A DNA stretch of 63,957 nt, filler included, from Reclinomonas americana ATCC 50394 (GCA_048213135.1; 6 parts of 3 records of this genome joined end to end with filler, not necessarily neighbours in it); one strand, 5' to 3'; counted from the whole stretch's first letter, positions 1 through 27,649 are shown. Translations and numbers: made by a program. The notes: generated by a model not told the origin, from the letters alone.

Positions 1-49
1 TCCACAGCACCACGCACATGGGAATGCACAGCAGCGGCAGCAGCAGGAT

Positions 50-3000
50 CATAAAGCAGAACCAGTACACAATCGTCCAGCACACGTTCCCGTCGTCGCA
101 CCCAGGCGGACTGCATGAGAGAGAAAGTCAGTCAAGTCTCTCTCTCTGTTTCTCTCACTCTTTCTCTCTCACTCACTCACTCATTCACTCTCTCACTCTC
201 AGTCTCTCACTCTTTCTCTCTCTCTCTCTCTCTCACGCACACACACACTCACTCTCCCTCTCTCACTCGCTCACTCTGTCTCTCTGTCACATGATGCTTG
301 CACGCACGTTGAGCTTAGGATCTGTGTGGCGAATCGACTGGAGATGGAGGTCAGCTCGTCCAAGTAGCCAAGGTACTCCTCCTCACTTAGTCTCTGCACA
401 CAGAGAGAGACATAGACATGCATGTACATGTGTGAGAATTCTCCGATGAGTGACTTTTTTCCCGCGCACGCTCTCTTGCACACGCGCGCACGTGTGTGTG
501 TGCGTGTCTCTCTCCCTGTGTGAGTGCGCGCGCAACAAACTGCTTGAGAGTGGGTGGGATCTCTCGTGACCAGCCCTGCACGGGTGGCACTCCTGCGGCC
601 AGGCGATCGGCCAACACTGGTGCCACCACTATCGTGTGTCTGGTGTGATTGGGAAGCACCCACAGGCCTTCACCAATCATTGCGAGAAAGAGAGAGACGG
701 CGTGTGTGTGTCATGTGTCCCGATATTTACACTGTGAGTGACAAGCCGAAGCTGCGGGCGAGTGCGGGAGCGGAGACGGACATGCTGCGCGCGAGTGAGT
801 GGATGGCGTGGTCGACGACGCCTTGCCAGAGAGCGGCGAGGTCTTCTTTGGCCAGCAGGCAGGGTTGGAAGGGCGGACGTGGGGCCACGGGAATGCGGGT
901 TCGGTCGCTGCGTGAGGGCGCGCGAGGTGAGTCTATCTGCGTGCGGAGAGGGGGCGCTGGGGAGTGGCGTGCAGACCGCAGGATGAAAGAGACGCGGAGA
1001 CCCGAGGCGGCGGCCCTGGCAGCCTCGGCTTCACGCAGTTCCTGTATGTGCGCGCGTGTTCGGAATTGAGCGTTTGTATGAGGTGGGGAAGAGGGGAGCT
1101 TCCCGGACCTGCAGCTTGCGGTGGTACTCGCGCAGAGCCACGATGTAGTTGTACTGTGCCTCGGCCCATGTTCTGCGGTGCGCGACTTGCCGTTCGCGGA
1201 TGAGTGCGTCGGCCATGGGGAATTCACTGTGCACTGGTGAGGAAAAACCGTGCTGGGCATGCCCAACCAAGCGCATACCACGCAACTGCTCGAGAAAGGG
1301 AACCAGCGGCGTAANNNNNNNNNNNNNNNNNNNNNNNNNNNNNNNNNNNNNNNNNNNNNNNNNNNNNNNNNNNNNNNNNNNNNNNNNNNNNNNNNNNNNN
1401 NNNNNNNNNNNNNNNNNNNNNNNNNNNNNNNNNNNNNNNNNNNNNNNNNNNNNNNNNNNNNNNNNNNNNNNNNNNNNNNNNNNNNNNNNNNNNNNNNNNN
1501 NNNNNNNNNNNNNNNNNNNNNNNNNNNNNNNNNNNNNNNNNNNNNNNNNNNNNNNNNNNNNNNNNNNNNNNNNNNNNNNNNNNNNNGAGAGAGAAGAGGA
1601 GGAGGAGGAGGAGGAAAAGAAGGAGAGGAATGAGGAGGAGGAGAAGGAGGAGAAGGAATATAAGGAGGAGGAGAATTTGGAGAAGGGGGCGAAGAAGAGA
1701 AGGAGGAGGGGGAGAAGAAGAAAGGACGAAGAAGAAAGAAGACGGCGATCGAAGTGGAGGAGGAAGAGGAGAAGGAGGAAGAAAAGAAGAAGGTGAAGAA
1801 CGACAGCAGCAACAAGAACAACAACAAGAACAACAAAAACGTGGCGGAGAAAAGTAAGAAAGAAAGAGAGAAGCGAAGAAGAAGAAGGAAAGGTGGAAGG
1901 GGGAGGAGGAGAAGGAGGAGGAACGAAAGAAAAGGTTGAGAGGGCGCAAGATATTGGTCGGGGGCACCAACGAAACTGAGAGAGGCCACGTGGTGCGTTT
2001 CTTCGCGAATGTGTCGTTGGAGGTGCTCCTTGACGAGGTGGTCGCGCAGTACATCGCAGGCGAAGCGTTTTCTCCGAATGCGGCGACCCACCGACATGCA
2101 CAGAATGTACCTTTGAGAGAAACGGTCAGTGTCAACGAGAGGCAGGGAGCGTTTGATTGCTTTTTTCCGAACCTCCTGAGGGTGAGCGCCAGCCGACGCA
2201 CTCGTGAGTACTTGCGCAGGCGTATAATGGGTACAAAGAGGCGCTGCAAGGTTGTGGCAGCCTCTGTTCGCATGCGCTGCCGGCGCGTCTCCTTCAGGAC
2301 GGAGACAAGCGTCTGCATGCGACCGCACTGCGCCGACAAGAACAGCCACTGCATGATCCATTGGTGACCGAGCTCGACGGTCTTGGCACGCTTCTTGCGC
2401 ATCTTGGCGGCCACCTTGAGAGGGAGAATGGGGTCAGAGAAGTAAAGAGAGAGAGAGAGAGAGCAAGGTGGTGACGAAACGCACCCGTTTCTCTTCGGCG
2501 AGATCCTGAATAACGGCGACCGTGCGCTCCCACTTGCCCAGGTTGTGCCGATAGCGCTCCTCGGCGATGTCGTGGGCGCGCTGCAGGGTGTTGGGGACCT
2601 TGGCCAGCTGGCGCTCCACCTGCCCAAGGAGGAGAGAAGGGGAAGGAGAAGAGGGAGAAGAAGGAGGAAGTGAGGGAGGGGAGAAGGACAGGAAAGGCGA
2701 GAGGAGGAGAAGATGAAGAGATGAGATGAGCACGTGGAGCGAGAGGGAAAAACTTGGGTGGGGGAAATGACGGACATGACAGACGAGTCGGCGAGGTTGA
2801 AAGAGAGTGCGGTGTGAATGAAAGCGGGAAGGGAGAGGTAACCGAGTACTCGAGTGCAACGAGAAGCCTGTGCTGTTCTTCCTTCTTTCTGTTCCTCTTC
2901 CACATTTTCTCGCCTTCTCCCTTCCCCCTCCGCCCCTTTCCCCTCCCCCTTCTCCCCCACACTCACCGTCTCCTTTTTCTGCTGCACCCACTGCTCGGGA

Positions 3001-4388
3001 TTGGCATTCTTCATCTGCTGCCGATTGCGCCGAATGATGTGCACACCGGCGTGATTGGACTGCTCCAGAGCGCGTCGCTCGGCCAGGTACACATCTACGC
3101 GGGCGTGTGAGGGAACACGAAGAATTCTCTCACGACGAAGCAATCGCCACCGCACCTGTGCGCTCAAACAGACCGCGTCGATTGGTGGGATTGGCGGAGA
3201 GGGAGCGCAGTTGCGCCTTCAACCGCTTCTTGGCCTCCACCGCCGACGCACCGCGGCGGTCGGCATCGTGGTGCGCCTCGCTCGGCTGGTACACTTTTCT
3301 CTCGACGGCGCTCGGCGACGTGGAGCCGGGTGCCATGTTGCCACTCGACGGTGGTCTCTGATGGCCTGGACTGCGCGTGGGCGACAGCACGAGGTTGTTG
3401 GAGGGCGGGTGGCCGGCCAGCACGCTCCGCGACTCCTCTGCACGAGACGCAGACACGCAGGGAATGAGAGAGGGATGAGTGCATGGTTGGTTTCTTGTCG
3501 GCACACACCGAGCATAGTCGTGCACATGGCCGTGAAATCGTCGGCCGCAGAACCGCGGCGACGGTGGTGTTGGAGGTGATGGTGGCTGGGGCTGTGGTGG
3601 AGGTGACCACCGCCACCACCACTCACGCGCAACGAATGAACACTGTTGCGTCGTCGATCGCGATCGGCGATGCTGCTGTTGGCCGGGCTGGCCACCGGAT
3701 CCGCATTCTCGGTCAGCAAATCATTCATCCACTCCGCGTCCTCGTTCACACGCTGACTGAGGCCGCTGACGCCTCGCGTCTGATCAAGCACATCGCGCCA
3801 CAAAAACTTGCGCCCCTCCCCACCCAAATCCACCATGCTCGCATCGATCCGCGACACACGATGACCGAAATACGCCGGCGCCGCCGACAGCGGACGCTTC
3901 TTCTTCGTCGCCTCCGCCTCTCCACGCACACCCACCTCCACACGCGCAGTCGCACGCGCCGTCACATCCGGCGTGAACCCCAAACTCACTCGCTGCGTCG
4001 TCGCAGACGACTGCGGCACCGGCAACGGGTACTTGATCGCCGGCGGCGGCGGCCGACGAAACAGCTCCTCCGGACGCTCATCCACCGGCGACACCGATCG
4101 CCTCTGCTGCGTTGGTGAATTGGCCACCGCCACTGCCGCATGCCGAAACAAGCCCGCCGACGACGATCGTCGCCTCCGCAAATGTAGCCGTTTCACCTCT
4201 TCATCATCGGCATCGTCGACGAGAAAGCTACTTGCGGCAGTGGTGTTCACGGATCGAGAGGAGGCAGCGGCAGTAACGATAGATCGCCCCGACACTGGGC
4301 GTTGCGCGCGTGACATCCACCCGAGGTATTCTATGTAACGCCTAAAAAGCGCGCGCGCGTAAGGGCCAATTACAAGCGCAGCGAGCAT
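50..4388 (-). CDS. Multi-exon gene, unknown protein with long disordered N-terminus, coiled-coil and IQ-like segments; runs towards or off the window start
   Basis: Coding-like exons flanked by GT/AG sites at about 3500-4388, 3155-3445, 2966-3108 (HARVDVYLAERRALEQ), 2486-2619 (VERQLAKVPNTLQRAHD), 2171-2414 (EAATTLQRLFVPIIRLRKY, IQ-like), 1960-2110 and 1110-1233. Start codon (4388 or 4316) and downstream exons are uncertain. Confidence 0.55.
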
Positions 4389-4411
4389 TGTGTTTGATTG
4401 TGTTCAACAAA

Positions 4412-11027
<6,616 letters not shown>

Positions 11028-11242
11028 TAGGGAAAGGGGCGGAGGGGGAAAGGGGGTAGGGGGTGAAGGGGGAAGGGTGGAAGGGGAAAGGGGAAAGGGG
11101 AAAGGTTGAATGTACAATGGTTGTGAAAACAGCAAGAGTAGGAGAGATACAAGTGTGCGGCTGAGATTCAATACAAGTGTAGAAGTGACGGAACGAGTCA
11201 CATGCAGAGTCTTACAGTGACGCGATTAAGAATCTTTGTTGT

Positions 11243-11720
11243 TTGCCTGGCTTATGGCCTTTTCCCGAATTCGATGTGCCGTGCACGATCGCAGAAAACG
11301 CTATGCGTCTATGCAAGTGCGTCAAATCCACTGGTCAATCACGCTTGTGCGGTGAAGATCGCAGTTCTCGACTTGTTCGGAGCTCCGAGAGCGAACACAC
11401 ACACACACATGGAACCTGCTGCTGCCACAAGATTGGTGTTTGTGTTAATGTTTTGGATACGGTTGAACTTGGTCATCAAGACAGCTGTTGCTTGTTTGTT
11501 GGTGAATGAATTGTTGTTGTTGGAATGCAACGTGGCGTGAGCTGATTCGAAGTGAACGCGAGAATCCAAGCTCTGAATGCACTGACAGGTGCGAGTGGTA
11601 TACAGGAGAATGGATCAAAGAGGCGGAGAAAATAAACAGGATGCAAGGCACAGTATTGAAGAAGTGGGGCGCGAACTACCAACAGACTGAGTTAGACAAC
11701 GTGGTGCATAGGTTGATGGT

Positions 11721-11763
<43 letters not shown>

Positions 11764-11819
11764 GAAGAAGTAGTAAGTGTGACGTAGAAGTACGTCGTCG
11801 TCTTCTTCTCTCTCGTCGT

Positions 11820-11901
<82 letters not shown>

Positions 11902-11942
11902 CACCCCCTTTGCCCATCCACTTTGCAAACCAGGCAAGGTGA
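11243..11942 (+). CDS. Possible small unknown multi-exon gene
   Basis: Coding-like segment 11530-11718 (WRELIRSE...WIKEAEKINRMQGTVLKKWGANYQQTELDNVVHRLM) ends at a GTAAGA donor that joins in phase to CAG|GCA AGG TGA near 11934-11942. No recognised domain. Confidence 0.3.
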
Positions 11943-12035
11943 TGAATCACAATGTACACTTACACGTCGCCGATATCAAAAGCAGAGCTCCGTCATTCTC
12001 TCAAATCTACTGCCGCCTCTCGTCTTCCCGCATTT

Positions 12036-14732
12036 TCACGAGGATGAGCTGCTGTCACCGGTGCCACTCGGCGCCAAGACCACTGAGAAGTGGTTGCGCG
12101 AATCCTCCACGCGGTGTACGTCCCTGAATGCGTGGCACATGACCTCGTACTCGATGCCGTACTCGGTTCTGCGGGTGGATGAGAAGGGTTATTAAAGGGA
12201 GAAGAAGAGATAGGGGGAGGAAGAGAGGGAGAGGAGAGGGAGAGGGTGAGGCTGAGGGAGAGGGAGAGGGAGAGGGAGGGAGAGAGGGAAAAGGAGAGGG
12301 AGAGGGTGAGGGTGAGGGAGAAGGAGAAGGAGAAGGAGAGGGAGAGGGAGAGGGAGAGGGAGAAAGAGAAAGACAGAGAGAAAAGAGAGGAGAAAGAGAA
12401 AGACAGAGAGAAAAGAGAAAGACAGAGAAAAAGAGAAAAGAGACACAGAGTAGCCTGGAGAACTCTCGCAACCTACTGCATGTCTCACTACTGGCAACTT
12501 GCGACAACACAACAGAGCACACGCATTGCTAGGAGGACAACAAAATACAATACGGCACGAGGAGAGAAGAGAAACTGCGAGGAACATGAACTGCCGTCTC
12601 TCTCACCATTACCTCTGCTGCGCTGAAGCAGTTGCCGCCTCTGAGTGCAACTGCTTCGCGTGCTCTCATTTGCTCTCCACTCCACGTGTCCTCTCTCTAA
12701 AGCCTTCTGTTCCTCAGAAAGAAAATGACACATCACACTAGTGCGCAGTCTCATTTCTTTGCCTCGCATCTCGACATTGATCATCTTGATTCTCACGAGG
12801 GTTTCTGCTCTCTCATTTCTCCAAGTCTCTGTCTCGCCGCCTCGCTGTCTTTTAAGCATTCTCTGTTCCACGGAGAGACAGATAATCACGACGTGTTGAG
12901 CTGTCTAATTGCTATCTTGCCTAACCGAGTGTATCTCGACACAATTCCTCCAGTTTCACAAGAGCTGTATTTCCAGCTCACTTTCACGTTTCCTTGCTCT
13001 CTCTCTCACACGCTCTCCATTCTCGCCCTTCCTCTGTCTGGCTAATCGTTCCCTACATCTAAACCTTCGCCATTCCTTTAGTGCCCCTCTCTCCTTCCCT
13101 TTCACCTCCCTCTCCCCCTTTCCCCTCGCCCCACCACCTCCCTTTCCCTTTGCCCAACAAACCTCAATGTGGCCGACTTATCCGCCCCCAACGGCTGATT
13201 CGTGTGGCAGTGCACGATAATGGCCGCCGTGTTGGCCTCCACACCCTCACCGTCGTACTCGAGGCGGTACGACGGATCCGGGTACTCCAGCTTCCACGCC
13301 GTGTTCCACGACGCGTGTTTCGGCTGCGGCGTCGCACCCACCTCTTGCCTGTGCGATTTTTCCGAAAACGAGCCAATGCCCTGCGGCTCGCTGTGCAGGT
13401 ACAGCTGCGGGTAGTCGTCGCCCGTCAGCTCCTCGCACGCGCGCAGCCGGAACGGCTGACCGTAGTGCAGCACGTCGCCCTCGCCCATGGCTTCGTATTG
13501 CGCGAGCAAGAGGTCTCTGTGTTTTTGGCAAAAGGATGAGCAAGGGGGAAAAAAAGGGGGGGTAGTGTTTGCAGATCAAGATCGCAACTTGGAATCCTCA
13601 ATCTTCTCCAGCTCAAACACGCAGCGCGCACACGGATGCGCGCACTCCGACGTCGTCACGTCAAACAGGGTCTTCTCGCCCGGGTGCCGTGAGTCGAGGT
13701 TGAGGCACAGGTAGGCGGAGCTCTGCACGTGGAAGAGGAGGACGCGGGAGCCGAAGCGCACGCGGCCGTCGGCCGGGGTCGGCGTCACCGGGACGTCCTT
13801 GAGGTGGCGGTCGCGGCGGGCCTGGATGCGGTGGGAGACGAGTTCGCCGCGCTCCTTCTTCTTCAGGTATTCGCGGAGCTTGGACTGCGGAAGAGGAGGA
13901 GGGTGAGGAGGGGAGAAGAAGGAGAAAGGGGAAGGGAGAAGGGGAGGAGAAGGGGGAGGAGAAGGGGGAGGAGAAGGGGGAGGAGAAGGGGAGGAGAAGG
14001 GGAGGAGAGGGGGTGGGGAAGGAGAGGGTGAAGGGGAGGGGAAGGAGAGGGGGAAGGAGAGGGGGAAGGAGAGGGGAAGGAGAGGGGGAAGGAGAGGGGG
14101 AAGGGGAGGGGGAAGGGGAGGGGGAAGGGGAGGGGGAAGGAGAGGGGGAAGGAGAGGGGGAAGGTGGCAGGGAAGACAACAGAGAGGAAAACAAGCAGAT
14201 TATGGGGCTGCAGAAACAGAGTAGATCGAAGGTCGAGGGACATGTGAGGACGACACGCATAGAGACCAGGACAGAAAGACAGGGATGCGGGATATCAGGA
14301 GAGAGAGGCGAGCGGTGAGATGGTGTAATTGAGAAACGGAGCAGCTGGCACGCTGATAAACAGCAGTGACGACGTGCAGAGACCAGGACAGAAAGATAGG
14401 GATGCGGTGTATCAGGAGAAAGTGGGCGTACATGCGAGAGAGGAAAATTGAGAGATGCAGTGATGACAGACGAGGACGGAAACAAAGGGAACCTGAGTAA
14501 TGAGCGGGCGAACAAGAGGGAGAAATGGAAAGAGAGAGAAAGAGAGATACAGCGATGACAACAAGCAGAGAGACGAGGACGGCAAGATAGGGAACCAGAT
14601 AGGTGACGTATCAGGAGAGAGTAGGTGTACATGCGAGAGAGGAAACATCAGAGACACAGTGACGACGACAAGCAGAGAGACGAGGACAAAAAGATAGAAT
14701 ACACAAGAGGGAGAGAAAGAGAGAGAGAGAGG

Positions 14733-14788
<56 letters not shown>

Positions 14789-15126
14789 GNNNNNNNNNNN
14801 NNNNNNNNNNNNNNNNNNNNNNNNNNNNNNNNNNNNNNNNNNNNNNNNNNNNNNNNNNNNNNNNNNNNNNNNNNNNNNNNNNNNNNNNNNNNNNNNNNNN
14901 NNNNNNNNNNNNNNNNNNNNNNNNNNNNNNNNNNNNNNNNNNNNNNNNNNNNNNNNNNNNNNNNNNNNNNNNNNNNNNNNNNNNNNNNNNNNNNNNNNNN
15001 NNNNNNNNNNNNNNNNNNNNNNNNNNNNNNNNNNNNNNNNNNNNNNNNNNNNNNNNNNNNNNNNNNNNNNNNNNNNNNNNNNNNNNNNNNNNNNNNNNNN
15101 NNNNNNNNNNNNNNNNNNNNNNNNNN

Positions 15127-15160
<34 letters not shown>

Positions 15161-15745
15161 GGTGAAAGGGAAAGAGGGAGAGGGTGGGCGAACCAGAGAG
15201 AGAAAGAGAGGGAGAGAGTGACAGCGGGGAATTATTAGAGATACAGTGACGACGACAAGCAGAGAGACGAGGGCAGAGAGATAGAATAAACAAGAGGGAG
15301 AGAGGAAGAAAAAGAGAGAGGGAGGGAGGGAGATGCAGTGCTGACGACAAACAGAGAGACAAAGACAGAAAGATAGGGAACCAGAGTAAAGAGGGGGCGA
15401 ACAAGAGGGAGGGAGAGAAAGGGAGAGAAAGAAAAAGAGAGAGAAAGACGGTGAGGAAACATGAGAGATACAGTGACGCGACGAAACAAAGACAGGGAGA
15501 CAGACATAGTGCGCGATACAAGTCAGCGTCTCACCTCATCGACCTCCATATCCTGACTCCAGTTGCCCACTCGAGTCTTGGATGAGTAGCCCTTGTACCC
15601 AGCCATTTGCTGACTGTAAAAGCAAAAAAACAAACAAAAGAATAAGGAGTGAGCAGAGAGAGAGAGAGAGAGAAAGTGTGTGTCCTCTCTCATTCTCTCT
15701 CTGTGAGGTACGCAACGACGTGTATTCCATGAAATGCTCCGCCAT
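12036..15745 (-). CDS. CFAP161: Cilia- and flagella-associated protein 161 (C15orf26 family)
   Basis: Phase-consistent exons 15717-15745, 15535-15613 (YSSKTRVGNWSQD), 13589-13884, 13163-13516 (LHYGQPFRL...LYLHSE...RLEYDGEGVEANTAAIIVHCHTNQPL) and 12036-12168 (TEYGIEYEVMCH...NHF). Confidence 0.88.
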
Positions 15746-15990
15746 TTTGCTTTCAGAGTATTATCTTTTGTGAGGGGAAAAGGCGCAGTCAGCACGAACA
15801 GGTCAAGAAGTGAGAGAGAAGAGAGAGAGACACACGAGACTGCAGACACAGAGAGAGAGAGGGCTCACTTGCTTCTCAGCACACACATAGCAACAAAGGA
15901 AGAGAGACAGTGACAGAGACAGAAAGAGAGAGAACAGAAGGAGAAGAAGAAGGAGGAGGAGGAGGAGGAGAAGAAGAAGGAGGAGGAGGA

Positions 15991-16025
<35 letters not shown>

Positions 16026-16266
16026 AGAAGGATAAGAAGAAGAAGAAGAAGAAGAAAGAAGAAGAGACAGAAAGAGAGACAGACACAGACACAGAGAACA
16101 GAAGAAACAAGAACGAGAAGAACAACAACAACAACACAACAACACAAGAGAAGAAGAGAGAGCAATCAACACTCACCGACTTCTTGCGCACAAACAGTGA
16201 CAATGAAACGGCCGGGACGGTGGGACGCGCGGACACGCCGACGCTCGCCATATTTTCCGCCTTTCA

Positions 16267-22810
<6,544 letters not shown>

Positions 22811-22940
22811 TGAATGAATCGAACATGATCTCAAATTCGGGTCTAGATTGCAGATATTTTAAATCGTGGCGTTAGGAGGCGGGAGATTGGATGGTGGGGG
22901 CGGCCAGCAGGCCGATTAGTGATTGTAGGAGGGGTTTTAC

Positions 22941-25445
22941 CTCGGATTCGCTGAGCACGCCGTTGCGGTCCACTGGGTAAGAGGGAAGGAGTGGGGAAAG
23001 AGAGGAAGTGAGCGAAGGGGAAGTGAGTGTGAAGGAGAGGAGGGAGAGGAAGGAAGGGAGGGAGGGAGGGAGGGACTGCGCTCAACGCACTTCTTCTGCC
23101 AGCAGAACCTACTGCATGTACCTATGCCTCACTGCGCCCACTCACTGTTCCACTGAGCTCACGCTCCTCATTACGCCCCAATTCTCTTGCTTCCTCGCGC
23201 CCTCTCACTGAGCTTGCACTCGTCGCACTCGATGCACTTGCTGCACCAACTGCGCTCACCGCCCTCATTGCGCTCGTCTTCCCTTGCTTTCACTGCGCCC
23301 ACTCATTGCAACTTCCTTTTGCTTCTTCACGCCCTCTCACTGTGCTTGCACTCATCGCACTTGCCGCACCAACTTCGCTCACGCCCTCGTTACGCCCCTC
23401 TTCCCTTGCTCCCACTGCGCCAACTCACAACAACCTCCTTTGCTTCCTCACGCCCTCTCACTAAGCTTGCACACATCGCACTTGCTTATCACGTTTATAG
23501 CACTTGCTGCATCTACTGCGCTCACGCTCCTCATTGCGCCCCAATTCTCTTGAGTTCACTGCGCTCACGCACTGCTCCTCTCCGCTTCCTCGTGCCTACT
23601 CACTGAGCTTGCATTCATCGCACTCGCTGCAGCAACTATGCTCACCGCCCTCCTTGCGCTCCCCTTACCTGCTTCCACTGTCTCCTTGCTTCCTTGCGCC
23701 CACTCGCCCGCTCACTACCGCCTTCACCGCACTTCATGCACACTTGCTGCACCTACTGCGCTCACGCCCCTCACGGCCCCTCTTCCTTTGCTTTCACAGT
23801 ACCCCCTCACTGCAACCTCATTTGCTTCCTCACACCCTCAGTGCAGCATTTGTGCTCACCGCACTTGCTCACGTTTACCGCACTCGCTGCACCAACTGCG
23901 CTCACCGCCCTCATTGCACCCCGCTTCATTTGCGTTCACTGCGCTCACTCACAGCAACCTCCTTTGCTTCCTCACGCCTGCTCACTGAGCTTGCATTCAT
24001 CGCACTCGCCGCACGAACTTCGCTCACGCCCTCGTTACGCCCCTCTTCCCTTGCTCCCACTGCGCCCACTCACTGCAACCTCCTTTGCTACCTCACGTCC
24101 TCTCACTGAGCTTGCACTCACCACACTGCAGCAACTGCGCTCACGCCCCTCACGGCACCCCTCTTCCTTTGCTTTCACTGCGCCCACTCACAGCAACCTC
24201 CTCTGCTTCCTTGCGACCTCTCCGCACTCGCCGCACCAACTTCGCTCACCGCCCTCATTGCACCCTCTTCCTTTGCTTTCACAGTACCCACTCATTGCAA
24301 CCTCGTTTGCTCCCTCACACCCTCAGTGCAGCATTTGTGGTCACCGCACTTACACACTGGTCAAGACCTCTGCGCAATAACTACAATCTCCTCTGCTTTC
24401 GCACTTGCTCATCACCTTTATCGCACTCAACGCACTCGCTGCCATTACCCATGCTACCTCTCTGCACCCACAGCACTCACCATCCAAATTTCTCATCATA
24501 TTGCTCGCCTCCTCCGGCGTGAGCTGCTCACGCTGGTGTTGCTCGTCGACGGTCTCGCCCATGAACGCCATGTTGCGCTTCAGCAGCGAGCAGAATTCGG
24601 CAAAGGCCGGGGTGGCCTCGGCAACGGAGAGTGCGCCGCTGGAGTCCTTGTCGAGGGAGGTGAAGACTGCGGGGGAAAGTGAGCAAGTAGAGAGAGACCT
24701 CTCCTTCACACCTCTCTCTCTCCCGCCACGCAACTGCGACGACACAGCGCATCAAACTCGGTCGACTCGAGATACCGCGACAACTCGTCGAGAGAGGCAA
24801 ACGCCGGTAGCGGCGTCTGCAACAGCGGCTCCACCAACGGAGCACCGCTGCTCGCCTGTGCTCTCGCCGATCTGGGTGACGTGCACCGCACCACCACGCG
24901 CATGCGCTCGCCGCCACCACTACGGCCAGTGCGACCGCCCCCGTCGTCACTGTCCTCCACCCCCTCCTCCTCCTCCTCCTCCGCGTCACCCAGCGACAGC
25001 GGTTGTACTCTTCTCTCCATGCGCAGCTTGCAGAGGCCCTGCATGAGGTCGTGCATCAGGGCGCGGAATTCGTCGGCGTTGAGGACGCCGTCGGCGTTGA
25101 CGTCGCGGCGGCGGATCTCGGCGGTGACGTCGGATGCGGCGGGTTCCAGGTCGGCGAGGGCGGGGGAGGAGGAGGTGACGTCGTGGAAACAGGCGCGGAT
25201 GGTGGGGAGGAGCTCGGTGCTGGGGAGGGGAAGGGGGGAGAACAAGGGAAGGGAGGGGAAAGAGTGAATGGAAAGTGAGTCTCTCTCTCTTTCCCTCATC
25301 AGTCTCTCTCTTGTCACTCACCACGACACGCTGTTGCTCCCATCGCGATCCACATGATTGAAGACGCGCTGCGAATACGTCACAAAGTCGTCACTGGAGA
25401 GCCACGCCAGCAGCGCTGCTTCGTTGGCGAAGGAGGGGAGGCGCA
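22941..25445 (-). CDS. Multi-EF-hand calcium-binding protein, 5' end missing
   Basis: EF-loops DRDGSNSVSW (25322-25445), DVNADGVLNADE, DKDSSGALSVAE and LD|VDRNGVLSESE (exon 22941-22972). The VRLPSFAN.. and PLPAFASL..EF segments suggest an internal repeat of EF-hand pairs. Confidence 0.8.
23100..24360. repeat. Degenerate modular minisatellite (about 120-bp units) inside an intron of the EF-hand gene
   Basis: Recurrent cactgagcttgcactcatcgcactcg, caccaactgcgctcaccgccctc and cactgcaacctcctttgcttcctcacg blocks. Confidence 0.8.
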
Positions 25446-25547
25446 CTGTGGAAAGACACGGAGAGTGAGGGCGAGAGAAGGGACAAGGAGAGAGGGAGAG
25501 GGGGGTAAGGAAACAGCTGCTGTGGATGCTCCTGGGGTGACGCCTAT

Positions 25548-25706
<159 letters not shown>

Positions 25707-25836
25707 ATGTGTGTCTTTGTCTCTGTGCATAGTGTGCACGCGTATGTGTGTGAGAGAGAGACTGAGTTGAGCCAGAGAGAGAACGTAGTGGTCGTGTGTG
25801 GACATGCGATTGCTGATTCTTTATCTCGCCTCGCAG

Positions 25837-26048
25837 GTCTGGCAATTGCGCATCGACGTGCATGTGGCGGATCACGGTGGCAACCTGTACGATGCATCGG
25901 TGCTGGCTGCCATCGCGTCGCTCCTGCACTTCCGCAAGCCTGAGGTATGTGTACCAGCTCTCAATGACGCTTGATTTTACACTCTGCTATCACGCTAGTT
26001 GTCTCCACCATTCGTGGTAACCTTGTCTTGCGGTCTTCGCTGCTCCGC

Positions 26049-26094
<46 letters not shown>

Positions 26095-27381
26095 CCAGCA
26101 CACAGTCTCTCTCGCCCGCACTCACTCTCTCGGTTGTTGCGGAGCTCAACTGTGATGTCTATTGCGCTCGTGTTCTCCCTTCCCCTTTTCCCTTCCCCTT
26201 CTCCCTTTGCCTCACACCCCCTTCTCCCCATAGGTGACCATCACCGGCCACGACGTCATCATCCACACGGAGGAAGAACGCGAACCCGTCCCCCTCTCCG
26301 TCCACCACATTCCCATTTGCGTCACTTTCGCCTTCTTCGCCGACGGCGCCGCCGTGGTGCTGGATCCGACGGTGCGCGAGGAGGCCGTGATGGACGGCTA
26401 CATGGCGGTGGCGGTCAATACGCACCGCGAAGTGTGCGCACTGCAAAAGGGTGGCGGTGTGCCCGTGTCCGGCGAGGTGCTGCTGCAGAGCATTCACGTG
26501 GCGCACGTCAAGGCCGAGGAGGTGACGGAGATGTTGCAGGGTGCGCTGCAGCGGGATGAGGAGCGCAGGACGTTGCGTTTGAGTGGGGAAAGTCCTCTCA
26601 CTCTCCCCTGGCTCACATTTCCCTTCTCCCCTGCAGGCAAATGAAGCTGGACAAGTACAAGTACGAACAGATCAACACCCCTCTCGACGACGAAATCTCG
26701 CGCCTCCTCGCCGAGTCAGCCGCCGCCGTGGCCGTTGGTGCCGCCAGCGGAAGCGGCAGCAATGGTGCTCACGACGGCGAGGAGGAGGAAGATGAGGAGT
26801 CAATGTCGGATGTGACGACGTCGGAGGACGAGGATGACGAAGAGGAGGAGGAGGAGGATGAGGAGGAGGAAGAAGAAGTAGAAGATGATGTGCCCATGCG
26901 CAGTCGAAAGATGACCAAGAGTGAGCGGGAGGCGGCCATGTGGGGCGAGATTGAGAAGCTCACGTTGCGTGCTGGAGCGTGGGTGGGGGAAGCTTTCTGC
27001 TGTCGACGCATGGTGCTCATTGTACGTTGCAGATCGGCCGTCTCCTCGAGTCTCTTTGTGAACTACACGGCTGGTCAGTCGGCGCCACTCAAGGGTGGTG
27101 CGCCAGTGGCGACGGCGACGACGACGACGCACAGTGATGCTGCGATGGAGGAGTTTGATGCCGTGGCCAGTCGCGTTGCTAGCAAGCCGGCGACAGCAGC
27201 AGCAGCGGCGGCGCCGCCACCGCCATCACGACCTGCGCCGACTGCGAGTGCCTCTGCGGCTGCTCCGTCGGCGGCCAGGAAATCTGGTGGTGGTGGTGGT
27301 GGTGGAGGTGGAGCGGCGTCGGCGAGCATTGATCTCACGGCGGCCATTCGGGGGGCGAAGCCGAAGAAGAAGGCCAAGTAA
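25837..27381 (+). CDS. RRP45: Exosome complex component RRP45/EXOSC9 (RNase PH fold), 5' exons missing
   Basis: Exons 25837-25944 (VWQLRIDVHVADHGGNLYDASVLAAIASLLHFRKPE), 26234-26571 (EEREPVPLSVHHIPICVTFAFF..LDPTVREE..NTHREVCALQKGGG), 26637-26963 and 27033-27381. Acidic then basic C-terminal tail. Confidence 0.93.
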
Positions 27382-27649
27382 AGAAGAAGTGGTTGTCAAG
27401 AGAAAGTGAGAGAGCTCACCAACATGAGTGCCGAATAGGTGAGCACATAGCAGGCACTCATGCCAGATGCACTGTCCGTGCCACCGGCACTCGCCACCTT
27501 TGCGGACAACAGAGGGACCAAGGGAGAGAGACTAAACTCGCGCGCGCACTCCACCGATGGAGAACGTGAGCTGTGAAGGCGTTATTGCTGCAGTGGAGAA
27601 GGCACTCGTCCTGGAAAAAGCGTCGATCGCACAGCAACAATCACTTCAT

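Noticed and set aside
16176-16251. Short - strand ORF ending in a GTGAGT donor upstream of CFAP161
   Set aside because: Could not be joined in frame to CFAP161; at most a 5' UTR exon, so not called as CDS.
23187-24380. Overlapping 140-230 aa ORFs
   Set aside because: Stop-poor intronic minisatellite of the EF-hand gene.
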